Below are positions 1 to 8,812 of a stretch of 64,000 nt of DNA, one piece after another. The stretch is from Fidelibacterota bacterium (lineage in GTDB: Bacteria > Fidelibacterota > Marinisomatia > SCGC-AAA003-L08 > JACNLC01). A program made the translations under genes and the position numbers. How positions within the stretch are numbered: position 1 is the stretch's first letter; every line of letters begins with the position of its first letter. The notes beneath the pieces were generated by a model, which was not told the origin of the DNA, searched no databases, and saw only the letters and a program-made list of their open reading frames with translations. The DNA lies in the NCBI GenBank assembly GCA_018657495.1, contig JABHXA010000002.1, positions 5,472 to 69,471 of the forward strand, in the 5' to 3' direction.

Positions 1-1407
1 CAATTTTACTCTGATGGGCATAACCCAAAATCAGATTTTACATTTTCAGGTGGTCAATCTTTTCAATCAAACATCAAATCATTTTACGGACCCGGTATTC
101 ACTGCTCCTTAAGTGCAGGTGATGAGTTATCCGGTGTTGATCAAATATATTACTCAGTGGATGACGGAGACTTTGTAGAATATACCGGTGATATCAGTTT
201 TAGTGTCGAAAAAGAATATAAGCTGCAATATTATGCTGTTGATAATGTGGGCAATGTCGAGGAAGTACAAAGCAAACAATTCACAATTGATACATCCCCA
301 CCCACAACAGAACATGTGAGAATTAAAGTCTATTCTAAAAATACACTTTCACCAATTACAGAATTATTTTTTAATGGATCAGATAAAATTTCAGGATTGA
401 AAGATGTCTATTATCAATTTGATGAATTTGATGATCCAGGAAGATACCCGGATAAACACATCACCATAAATCATCTTCCCGATGGTGAACATACTATGTT
501 CTATTACGGAGTGGATCAGGTTGGAAATAAGGAAAAATCCAATAGCTTCAAATTTTATCTGGATAATATACCGCCGGTGTCAAGAGTGGAGATTCAAGGG
601 GATTTATATTCTGGAGATGATATGGATTACATCTCAGCCAGATCATTACTGAGCTTAGTATCAGACGATAATAAAGTAGGTGTAGATTATATCGAATACG
701 CCATAGACGAAAGAGAATATTTTGAATATGAAGTTCCATTCGCTGCCCCTTTATTATCAGGTGAGTTTAGCTTAAGATACCGTGCAATAGATTTGGTGAG
801 TAATTTGAGCAAAATTGAGAAGCGAACGTTTATGATTGACTCTAAGGCACCCACCAGTAGCTATACTATCGAGGGTAATCATTTTTCTCAGGCTCAGGTA
901 ATTTGGATGACAAAAGATACAAAAATTATTATGACAGCTACAGATAATGCTTCTGGCGTGAGGTTTATCGAATACCAGATTGGCAATAACCCAGTTAGTA
1001 TATATAGTGATTATATTGCCATAAGTAAAGAAGGTCAATATTCGACAAAATCCTGGTGCATTGATATGGTCAATAATCGTGTGGAAAATGATGCCATGCT
1101 ACTGATTGTTGATAATTCTCCACCAGAGATACTCGAGTCTTATAATTTATCACCAATCGACACAAAGGTAGATAAATCAGGAGAGACCATAAACATATAT
1201 CCCAAACATTTATCCATATCGCTGGCTGCGTTGGATAGGTCATCAGGTGTGGAGGCACTTACCTATTCAATTAATGGCAAAGATCCAATTCGTTATAATA
1301 AATCAATCATGTTTCAAAAAGAGGGTACATTTAAAATATCTATCCAGACAAACGATAAGGTGAATAACTCAAGCTCAAAAGAAATTACTCTGGCCATAAA
1401 GGGCTAA
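1..1407 (+). CDS. Secreted or cell-surface tandem Ig-like repeat protein (OmpL47-type / chitobiase-C-like module), 5'-truncated by the window edge
   Basis: Frame 1 is open from nt 1 with no stop before the GTG at 157, so the gene starts upstream of the window. It has at least 5 copies of a ~90-aa module ending YYAVDNVGNVE, YYGVDQVGNKE, YRAIDLVSNLS, WCIDMVNNRV and QTNDKVNNSS. The modules are separated by IDTSPP, LDNIPP, IDSKAP and VDNSPP linkers. The family name is recalled from the motif, not searched. Confidence 0.7.
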   Translation, partial: QFYSDGHNPKSDFTFSGGQSFQSNIKSFYGPGIHCSLSAGDELSGVDQIYYSVDDGDFVEYTGDISFSVEKEYKLQYYAVDNVGNVEEVQSKQFTIDTSPPTTEHVRIKVYSKNTLSPITELFFNGSDKISGLKDVYYQFDEFDDPGRYPDKHITINHLPDGEHTMFYYGVDQVGNKEKSNSFKFYLDNIPPVSRVEIQGDLYSGDDMDYISARSLLSLVSDDNKVGVDYIEYAIDEREYFEYEVPFAAPLLSGEFSLRYRAIDLVSNLSKIEKRTFMIDSKAPTSSYTIEGNHFSQAQVIWMTKDTKIIMTATDNASGVRFIEYQIGNNPVSIYSDYIAISKEGQYSTKSWCIDMVNNRVENDAMLLIVDNSPPEILESYNLSPIDTKVDKSGETINIYPKHLSISLAALDRSSGVEALTYSINGKDPIRYNKSIMFQKEGTFKISIQTNDKVNNSSSKEITLAIKG

Positions 1408-1414
1408 CATTTAT

Positions 1415-4400
1415 ATGCCCACTTCCCGTCTCGTACTGATCACTCTTACTATTTTGTGGAGTCAATTTCTGCAAGCACAGCCAGCCATTCAAAATCATAA
1501 CAAGATCATTTTCGTTGATGAAGATGGGAAATATTATGCTCCCCAAGGTGATCCGGTATCCCTTTTTATTTCTACTGAGTCTGCATTACAGCTACAGCCT
1601 CTATTACTTTCTGCAGAAGGAAATGATGGAGAAAGTTCTTATTTAAAGGAAGGAAAAAATATCCTTGGGGCATTTGGGATCTCAGATCCTGAGAACCTAT
1701 CTATTTCAGAAATTAATGGTCCATTCTTTATCGTTTATGGTGATGGAACATCTCCGAAAACCCAACTTGAATTATCTGGTGCAAATAGATTTGTTGATGG
1801 AAAATCTCAATATTTTGGTCCGGGATTAAAATTGGATTTTGAAGCAATAGATGAGTTATCCGGGTGGAAGAATACATTTCTGTCGATAAACGAAAGCCAA
1901 TTTACTCCTTCATCCTCAACAAAATTTAATTTCACCTCCGATAAGGAATATTCACTTTACTACTATTCGGTAGATAATGTTGGTAATGTGGAAGTCCTGC
2001 AGCAGATAAATTTTTATATGGATGTTACACCGCCACGGACGTTTCTTGACATTTCAGGTACCCACAATGAGAATATTCTAGCCTTGGATGCTAGTATTTC
2101 GTTTAGATCTGAGGATAGCAGCTCGGGAGTAAAACAAATTTATTACCAATTGGATTCCAATGAAATAAGGGAATTTAAAAGTGAGATTATGGTTTCGGGT
2201 TTGGCAAATGGTGAGCATACAATTGTCTACTATTCTGAAGATAATGTTGGTAATCTTGAACATACGATCTCTTATATTTTCTATCTTGATTCTGAGCCGC
2301 CAACACTCAATGTTGATGTAAGGGGAAATAGGTATGTTACGAAACATGCTGTATTTGTTTCAGGGAAAACACAATTACAATTAACTGCAGACGATAACAA
2401 GTCAGGAGTGAATTCCATCTCGTACCAGATTGACGATGGCAGCATTAATGTATATAATAAAATGATTGATCTTCCACAACAAAGCGGTGCTCACGAGATA
2501 ATATACTTTGCAATTGATTTGATGAATAATAGAACCCCTGATTTAATTCAAAAATTATATGTCGATCTTACACCACCGGAATCCGGATGGGATTTAACAG
2601 GATCGGGTTTCTGGGATAATGATACGCTGAGCATCACCAGTAATGATTTGATTTCTTTATATTCTGCTGATCTCGAAACCGGAGTAAAGTCGATTAATTA
2701 TAAAATAAATGACGGGGATACACAGATATATAATGACCCAATTTCAATTGATGCAGATGGTAAGTACAAAATAACCTTTTATGGATTAAACAATATAGAT
2801 AATGCTGAAGATATTAAGTTTCTGTATCTTCAAATAAACAATAGTTTAGCAAGTTTAAAAAATCGCTCAGGAAAATCTGAGCAGACAAAAAATTGGATTC
2901 ATACAGATGAAAAAGGATTGACAGGACCATCCAACGAACCATTTTATCTAACAATATCTTCTTCCAGCGATCCGACTGCACAACAATATGTTCTTGATAT
3001 GGCTACTTTTACAAAAACGGATGGTACGCCATATAATTTTAATAAACATGGTAAGAATATAATAAAAATTACAGACAGTTCTGAACCGACTATAATTGCA
3101 GTGAATATTGATGCGGAACCACCGAATACAATTATAAAATATGAGGGTTCGGAGAAGTTTAATAATGATGCCAGAAGTTACTATAATTCAAAGCTTAAAA
3201 TAATTCTTTCAGCAAGTGATCCGTCTGAAATAATATCTTCAGGAGTACAAAAAACGAATTATTCCATAGATGGGTCACCGTTTAGCAAATATAACCGTCC
3301 ACTGGATATTTTTATAAGGGAAAAAATCTACAAGGTATCATTTTTCTCACTTGACAAAGTGGGTAATATCGAAACCACTAAAAACACCGAATTCTATGTC
3401 GATATCACACCACCTATGACAAAACATATTGTTTCAGGGCGCTATTTTAGGGAAACAATTTCAGGGTCAACTAAAATTGAACTTGATGCATTCGATAATT
3501 TATCCGGCTTAAAAAGTATTTACTATTATATTGATGAAAATGATGAATCCATTTATAAAGAGGTTATTTCAAGCCAAAAATTTGCTATGATTGATGAAGG
3601 TAATCATATTCTATATTATTATTCAATAGACAATGTGGGAAATAAAGAAAGGGTCAAGTCGTTTTCATTTTTTCTAGACCACTCTCCTCCAAATGCCCAG
3701 GTTCTAATTCTAAATGAGTCATTTGAGAATAATGGAAATACTTATGTATCTTCAACCACCAATTTCAAAGTGATAGCAGAGGATGAAATGACTGAGGTAA
3801 AAGATGTAACATTAAAAGTTAATGGTAATAATTTTGAAGGGGATGAATTAGAATTTACGTTACCAAACCGTGCCGGTAATCATGAGATATCCTACTATTG
3901 TTCAGATATTGTGGAAAATGAGAGCAATGAAAAAGTCAAATCTGTGATAATGGATACAGAACCTCCAACTACGAGTTACGAATATGATGGACCAGTATTT
4001 ACAAGAGAAAACCGATTGTACATCAGTGCATTTACTGATATTAATTTAACTGGATTGGATGATGCTTCAGGACTCCGGCAGACTCACAGCAGAATAGGTG
4101 ACAGTGATTTCAAAGATAATATTAATACTTTTAATATCGATACTTATGGCAAAATACAATTTTCCTACTATTCTACAGATAATGTAAATAATCGTGAGGG
4201 AGTAAATGTTGTAGAGGTTTATGTAGACAATAAACCTCCTGATATTGAAGTAAAATTTAGCTCGTCTGAAAACGATGAATTGCAAAAGGTGATGGATTCT
4301 GTTCCCTCTGATGCGCTAATATATATACTCGCTGAAGACCAGCTTACCGGAAGAGAAAGAATTGTTTATACAATTGATGACGGCGCTGAACAGTTATATA

Positions 4401-4510
4401 AATCACCACTTACAAATTTTGCATCCGGTCAAATAGTAAATTTGAATATACGTGCCGTAGATATGGTCGAAAATGAAAGTATCCAATCACTCACTTTTAA
4501 AGTGCAATAA
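1415..4510 (+). CDS. Secreted tandem Ig-like repeat protein (OmpL47-type / chitobiase-C-like modules), 1031 aa
   Basis: The ATG lies 7 nt after the upstream stop. There is a signal-like N-terminus (LVLITLTILWSQFLQAQP). About 9 modules end in YYSVDNVGNVE, YYSEDNVGNLE, YFAIDLMNNR, FYGLNNIDNAE, FFSLDKVGNIE, YYSIDNVGNKE, YYCSDIVENES, YYSTDNVNNRE and RAVDMVENES. Linkers are MDVTPP, LDSEPP, VDLTPP, IDAEPP, VDITPP, LDHSPP, MDTEPP and VDNKPP. Confidence 0.75.
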   Translation: MPTSRLVLITLTILWSQFLQAQPAIQNHNKIIFVDEDGKYYAPQGDPVSLFISTESALQLQPLLLSAEGNDGESSYLKEGKNILGAFGISDPENLSISEINGPFFIVYGDGTSPKTQLELSGANRFVDGKSQYFGPGLKLDFEAIDELSGWKNTFLSINESQFTPSSSTKFNFTSDKEYSLYYYSVDNVGNVEVLQQINFYMDVTPPRTFLDISGTHNENILALDASISFRSEDSSSGVKQIYYQLDSNEIREFKSEIMVSGLANGEHTIVYYSEDNVGNLEHTISYIFYLDSEPPTLNVDVRGNRYVTKHAVFVSGKTQLQLTADDNKSGVNSISYQIDDGSINVYNKMIDLPQQSGAHEIIYFAIDLMNNRTPDLIQKLYVDLTPPESGWDLTGSGFWDNDTLSITSNDLISLYSADLETGVKSINYKINDGDTQIYNDPISIDADGKYKITFYGLNNIDNAEDIKFLYLQINNSLASLKNRSGKSEQTKNWIHTDEKGLTGPSNEPFYLTISSSSDPTAQQYVLDMATFTKTDGTPYNFNKHGKNIIKITDSSEPTIIAVNIDAEPPNTIIKYEGSEKFNNDARSYYNSKLKIILSASDPSEIISSGVQKTNYSIDGSPFSKYNRPLDIFIREKIYKVSFFSLDKVGNIETTKNTEFYVDITPPMTKHIVSGRYFRETISGSTKIELDAFDNLSGLKSIYYYIDENDESIYKEVISSQKFAMIDEGNHILYYYSIDNVGNKERVKSFSFFLDHSPPNAQVLILNESFENNGNTYVSSTTNFKVIAEDEMTEVKDVTLKVNGNNFEGDELEFTLPNRAGNHEISYYCSDIVENESNEKVKSVIMDTEPPTTSYEYDGPVFTRENRLYISAFTDINLTGLDDASGLRQTHSRIGDSDFKDNINTFNIDTYGKIQFSYYSTDNVNNREGVNVVEVYVDNKPPDIEVKFSSSENDELQKVMDSVPSDALIYILAEDQLTGRERIVYTIDDGAEQLYKSPLTNFASGQIVNLNIRAVDMVENESIQSLTFKVQ

Positions 4511-6175
4511 ATGAAGAAACATCTAAATATCTTTATTATTCTCATTCTGCTGTTGACGACTTCAGAATATGGTAAGGCAGAGGAAATATCAGTTCTTAAT
4601 TTTGGGATAAGAGATTTTAATGCTGACCGAAGGAATTGGGCCATCACCCAGGATAATAGGGGAGTGATGTACTTTGGAAATGAAGATGGTGTTCTAGAAT
4701 ATGACGGGACTACCTGGAGACTAATTTCTCTCCCGGAGGAGTCAGGAGTTTATAGCCTCGCTGTAGGCAAAGATGGACAAATATTTGTTGGTGGTAATGG
4801 TGATTTCGGTTGCCTTACCCCTGATGCTCACGGCACAATGGAGTTTATTTCGATGGCGAATAAACTACCTGATAGTTATCCTCAATTTGAAGGTCGTATA
4901 TATAATATATCTGTAGGCATTGAGGGGGTGATATTTCTCACTGATAAATTGCTCATATATTATATTGATGAGTTAATACAGGTGATCCGGGCTGATGATT
5001 ATTATTTTAGTTCTACAATGTTAAACTCAACTTTTTATGTAGCTGATGGTGAAGGTCTCTTTAAGCTTGATACCGGTGTTTTATTACCGGTAGTGACTGA
5101 TGTATCAATCCGTTCAAATTATCTTTTACCTTATAATGACAGCCAAATTCTCTCAATTACGCAAAATCGGGGCGTTGAGACATTTAACCCGGCGGATAAA
5201 ACATTGGATTTCATATCACTTCCTGATCTTGAAACGGAAAAATTTAAAAGTTTGGAATTATCTGCTGCAGCAATTCTCTCAAATGGCAATATTGCAATTG
5301 GCACCGTAAATCAAGGTATGATTATTCTGGAGCCCAATGGGAAGCAAATTAAGAGCTTCAATATATCTTCAGGATTAGGGTGCGGGAATATACTTGATAT
5401 ATTCGAAGACCGACAAATGAATCTGTGGCTGGCATTAGAATGCGGTATATCTCTTGTTTCCGATACAGGAATATTTGGAGATGGATATCCGGAGATAACT
5501 GACATCAACAGCCTCATTCGAGAAGTTGAGGGATTAAAAAATGACTCATTGATATTTGGCGGAGCTTTTTTTGAAATTCCTGGTGGTGTTCATCAATTAG
5601 ACCAGCCAGAAAGTATGATTTATAAATTTCCATATGATTATAATGCATACAGATTTGCTTTTTCATCAAACTATTACGACACCGAGCCAAAACTCCAATT
5701 TCAAACATGGCTGGAAGGCTTGGATGAAGGCTGGGCAAAATGGTCCTCTAGAACGTCGCGTGAGTATACAAATTTGTATTGGGGAAAATATATATTCCAT
5801 GTAAATACCCGATTATCAGATGAGACTATTGGCAAACCTGCATCCTATATATTTATCATAGAAACACCTTGGTTTGAATCATGGTGGTTTTATGGGACGC
5901 AAGTAACAATATTATTCCTCTTACTCACTGCTTCAGGATTACTGGCAAAAATGGGCAAAGCACTCAAACTTTCTAATTATCTCACGACCATTGTTGTGTT
6001 GGTCCTTTTTAAATATTTCCACATGGCTCTTGCACCATATATAGGTCATGTTTCTGCTGGTATCGCATTTTTTAAAATTGTCACCAGTGTGGTTATCGGA
6101 TTTATTATCAATCCTGCTCAGGAGATTACCCAGAAAACCATGCGTAAAGTCTTAGGAACAAAAAAAGACATCTAA
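4511..6175 (+). CDS. Beta-propeller (two-component regulator propeller) plus Y_Y_Y domain membrane protein without any output domain
   Basis: The ATG directly abuts the upstream TAA (TAAATG at 4508-4513). It has a signal peptide and propeller-type repeats (NRGVMYFGNEDGVLEYDGTTW, NLWLALECGISLV). A Y_Y_Y-type segment follows (YRFAFSSNYYDTEPKLQFQTWLEGLDEGWAKWSSRTSREYTNLYWGKYIFHV). The protein then has three hydrophobic helices and stops. No HisKA, HATPase, REC or HTH motif is visible. Confidence 0.7.
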   Translation: MKKHLNIFIILILLLTTSEYGKAEEISVLNFGIRDFNADRRNWAITQDNRGVMYFGNEDGVLEYDGTTWRLISLPEESGVYSLAVGKDGQIFVGGNGDFGCLTPDAHGTMEFISMANKLPDSYPQFEGRIYNISVGIEGVIFLTDKLLIYYIDELIQVIRADDYYFSSTMLNSTFYVADGEGLFKLDTGVLLPVVTDVSIRSNYLLPYNDSQILSITQNRGVETFNPADKTLDFISLPDLETEKFKSLELSAAAILSNGNIAIGTVNQGMIILEPNGKQIKSFNISSGLGCGNILDIFEDRQMNLWLALECGISLVSDTGIFGDGYPEITDINSLIREVEGLKNDSLIFGGAFFEIPGGVHQLDQPESMIYKFPYDYNAYRFAFSSNYYDTEPKLQFQTWLEGLDEGWAKWSSRTSREYTNLYWGKYIFHVNTRLSDETIGKPASYIFIIETPWFESWWFYGTQVTILFLLLTASGLLAKMGKALKLSNYLTTIVVLVLFKYFHMALAPYIGHVSAGIAFFKIVTSVVIGFIINPAQEITQKTMRKVLGTKKDI

Positions 6176-6354
6176 AAGAATTTTTACTCAAACAAATTTG
6201 AAGCAATGTAATACAATATCACTTCTCTTTATTAAAATGGTCCATTTTACGTAATCAATCAAATTCCAAATCCCAGAATAGTATCTATATTTATCGGTTT
6301 AAAAATTTGCTAAAGAGATACAATTTGGAATACTAAAAATGTTAGGATTTATCA

Positions 6355-7167
6355 ATGACTAAATACAATTTTTATCTAACTGTTATTTGTTGCCTCTTTT
6401 TGATGAGTTGTGAAGATGACAATACTGATACAACTAATCAAATAAATTTAGAGTGGAAAAACATTCCGGCTGGCGAATTTACTACGGGGCAATATGATAC
6501 CAGCAATTCACTGGATTATTCCTATGATATAATGGTGAATGAGATGAGCAATGCTGAATATGTACACTTTCTAAACGAGGCATATTCAAAGGGTAGTATT
6601 TCTACAGATTTGAATAGCTCAGTATTTGGATATTATCATGGTGATGAAAAATGGGGTGAAGATAATTATGAATTCCTTGACCTGGATGATGCAGATTGTC
6701 GAATTGAATGGGATGGCAACGAATTTATGGTTGTAAACGGATATGACAACTACCCTGTAGTTGAAGTAACTTGGATGGGGGCATGGGCAATGGCCGCCTT
6801 TTACGGATATTCATTACCTACTCAGACCGAATGGGAAAAAGCGGCACGTGGAAATACAGGTTGGGATTATCCATGGGGTGATGAAGACCCTACTTGTGAT
6901 ATGGCAACTTATGCCGGATGTAATGGTGGAGGTGGTGCAACTGACATAACTCAAACATCGGGTATGAGTCCTTATGGATTGCTTAATATGGCAGGGAATG
7001 TATGGGAATGGGTAGCTTCATTTTCTCAAGAATTTGATTACAAGAGAGAATATTGCGGTGGGGGATGGACAAATTATCAGGAAAGTATTAAGTCATGGAA
7101 GGTTGAAAGCGGCCGACCTGATGAAAGCAAGTACGATACGGGATTCCGTTTAATCAGAATGGAATAG
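6355..7167 (+). CDS. Formylglycine-generating-enzyme (SUMF1/FGE-sulfatase) fold lipoprotein, probably non-catalytic
   Basis: Lipobox LFLMSC is present. FGE-fold motifs are EWEKAARG, YPWGDE, GNVWEWV and GFRLI. The RGGSW-equivalent reads CGGGW and no Cys pair follows it. Confidence 0.75.
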   Translation: MTKYNFYLTVICCLFLMSCEDDNTDTTNQINLEWKNIPAGEFTTGQYDTSNSLDYSYDIMVNEMSNAEYVHFLNEAYSKGSISTDLNSSVFGYYHGDEKWGEDNYEFLDLDDADCRIEWDGNEFMVVNGYDNYPVVEVTWMGAWAMAAFYGYSLPTQTEWEKAARGNTGWDYPWGDEDPTCDMATYAGCNGGGGATDITQTSGMSPYGLLNMAGNVWEWVASFSQEFDYKREYCGGGWTNYQESIKSWKVESGRPDESKYDTGFRLIRME

Positions 7168-7175
7168 CTGAAGTC

Positions 7176-8044
7176 GTGATAATGAGAAATATTATTGCCC
7201 AATTTACTGGTCTAATATTTTGTCTCTTATTTTTAACATGTAATTGGCGTCCGCTTAAAGATTACCAATTTCTATTGGCGCAGGAAAAACTGATCACGAT
7301 TGAAGATTTCCATGCTAATGGACAAAAACTCGTAAACAAATATATCGATAATTTGGATTCGCTTGCCCGTTCAGATATACGGGCTGTAATTGACAGAACT
7401 TGCATGCCATGTGTTAGAATCGAAATAAAATTATCCAAATCTCCCTCCAAATTCAGTGAGATTATAACCCAATCGTTATATGGAATTGGTGTACTGATAA
7501 ATTCCGGGAAATTTATAATAACCTCACAACATCTTTTTGATCATGTAGAATCACCTAATAAAATGAATATACATGATGTATTTGGAAACCAACTAGAGAC
7601 AAAACTGATTGATAAAGAGAGTGTAATTAAATTTTCTCAATCGGAATATGACGATTGGGTTATAATCGAAAACCTGTCTGAAATCAAAAATTATCCTTAC
7701 ATCTACCCAGGAAAATAAATATTGGGGATATCGTGTATGTTTTTGGATTTCCCAAAGGGATGGGGATTGATACAGATGGCAGGATTCTCCGCTCTACCTG
7801 TGACAGCGATGTAAAGAACTTAAAACCTGTGGTGACAATCGGCAAGATCATAAATACAGATCCATTAGTTATTAAACCGATTATTGGTTCATCTATTACA
7901 GGAGGAATGAGTGGTGGACCAGTTGTCAATGAGGACGGTATCTTAATAGGGATTATAGCGGCATCCAGTTTTATCCCCATTGATCAGAAGACGATCCTGA
8001 TCTATAGTGTGACAGGGGCGATGGAATTTGGATCACTCTTTTAA
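7176..8044 (+). pseudogene. Trypsin-like (S1 family) serine peptidase lipoprotein interrupted by a 1-nt frameshift; either a true pseudogene or a homopolymer assembly error
   Basis: ORF 7176-7718 (frame 3) carries lipobox LFLTC, SQHLFDH (candidate His) and DDWVIIE (candidate Asp). The downstream frame 2 is open from at least 7682 and reads INIGDIVYVFGFPKG ... TGGMSGGPVVNEDGILIGI (catalytic Ser motif). The two frames join if the A4 run at 7712-7715 were A5. Confidence 0.55.
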
Positions 8045-8120
8045 AGTAAACTAATTTGACAATAGTAAAATATTCAATAGTAATAAATAATACAATAATA
8101 GATTAATATTAAGGCTGATT

Positions 8121-8648
8121 ATGAAAGTAAATAAACCAGGCGTCCACTTTGATCATATGCTGAGTATGTCACGATCACATCACATGAATTTGAGTGTAAT
8201 GGCTGATCAAAAAGCGAATATGTTGTTAACTATTGCTTCTGTTGTGGTCACAATTTCAATTCCAAGACTGATCGATCCAGTTTTTAGTGCATCAGCTGCC
8301 GTTTTAATATTTTTTTGTTTAGTAACTATTATGCTGGCCACATATGCTGTTATGCCGAAGTTATCGCATGAAGTAAAAAGTAGCGATATTCCTGATTATC
8401 ACCGATCTGATTTTAACTTACTATTTTTTGGAGATTTTATTAAGTTACCATACAATATTTATGAACTTGCAATGGAAGAAATGTTGAATGACCCTAGCTT
8501 ATCATATCAGGCTCAAATTAAGGAAATGTATTCGGTGGGCATGTTTCTTTCAAAAAAGAAATATCGATTTGTCCGGTATGCTTACCAGGCTTTTATGGTG
8601 GGATTGTTCTGTACGGGTTTAACCTTGTTGGTCAAATTTATATGGTGA
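8121..8648 (+). CDS. Small 3-TM protein resembling the DUF5706 / Pycsar-effector (PycTM-like) family
   Basis: 175 aa. The N-terminal segment HHMNLSVMADQKANMLLTIASVVVTI matches my recollection of the aD-x-KA-x-LL signature followed by TM helices. There is a second TM (AAVLIFFCLVTIMLATYAV) and a C-terminal TM (FMVGLFCTGLTLLVKFIW). The family assignment is from memory only. Confidence 0.4.
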   Translation: MKVNKPGVHFDHMLSMSRSHHMNLSVMADQKANMLLTIASVVVTISIPRLIDPVFSASAAVLIFFCLVTIMLATYAVMPKLSHEVKSSDIPDYHRSDFNLLFFGDFIKLPYNIYELAMEEMLNDPSLSYQAQIKEMYSVGMFLSKKKYRFVRYAYQAFMVGLFCTGLTLLVKFIW

Positions 8649-8812
8649 TATTCTACCATTTGGAACAGGTACACTGTCATCACTGAATGTTTTAATAAGT
8701 ATTTAAAAATAAAATCTTTTGACAACCATCATCATAATAAAATATTTAAGGAATTGTTTTTTTACAATCACAATAATCACATTCTTAGATAGAATCAAAT
8801 TAAAAGGTACTC

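Noticed and set aside
6263-6331. A 9-bp inverted repeat, ATTCCAAAT ... ATTTGGAAT, upstream of the FGE-fold lipoprotein gene; a possible operator.
   Set aside because: The arms are short, AT-rich and about 50 nt apart. A chance match is plausible in this composition, and there is no second copy elsewhere to support a motif.
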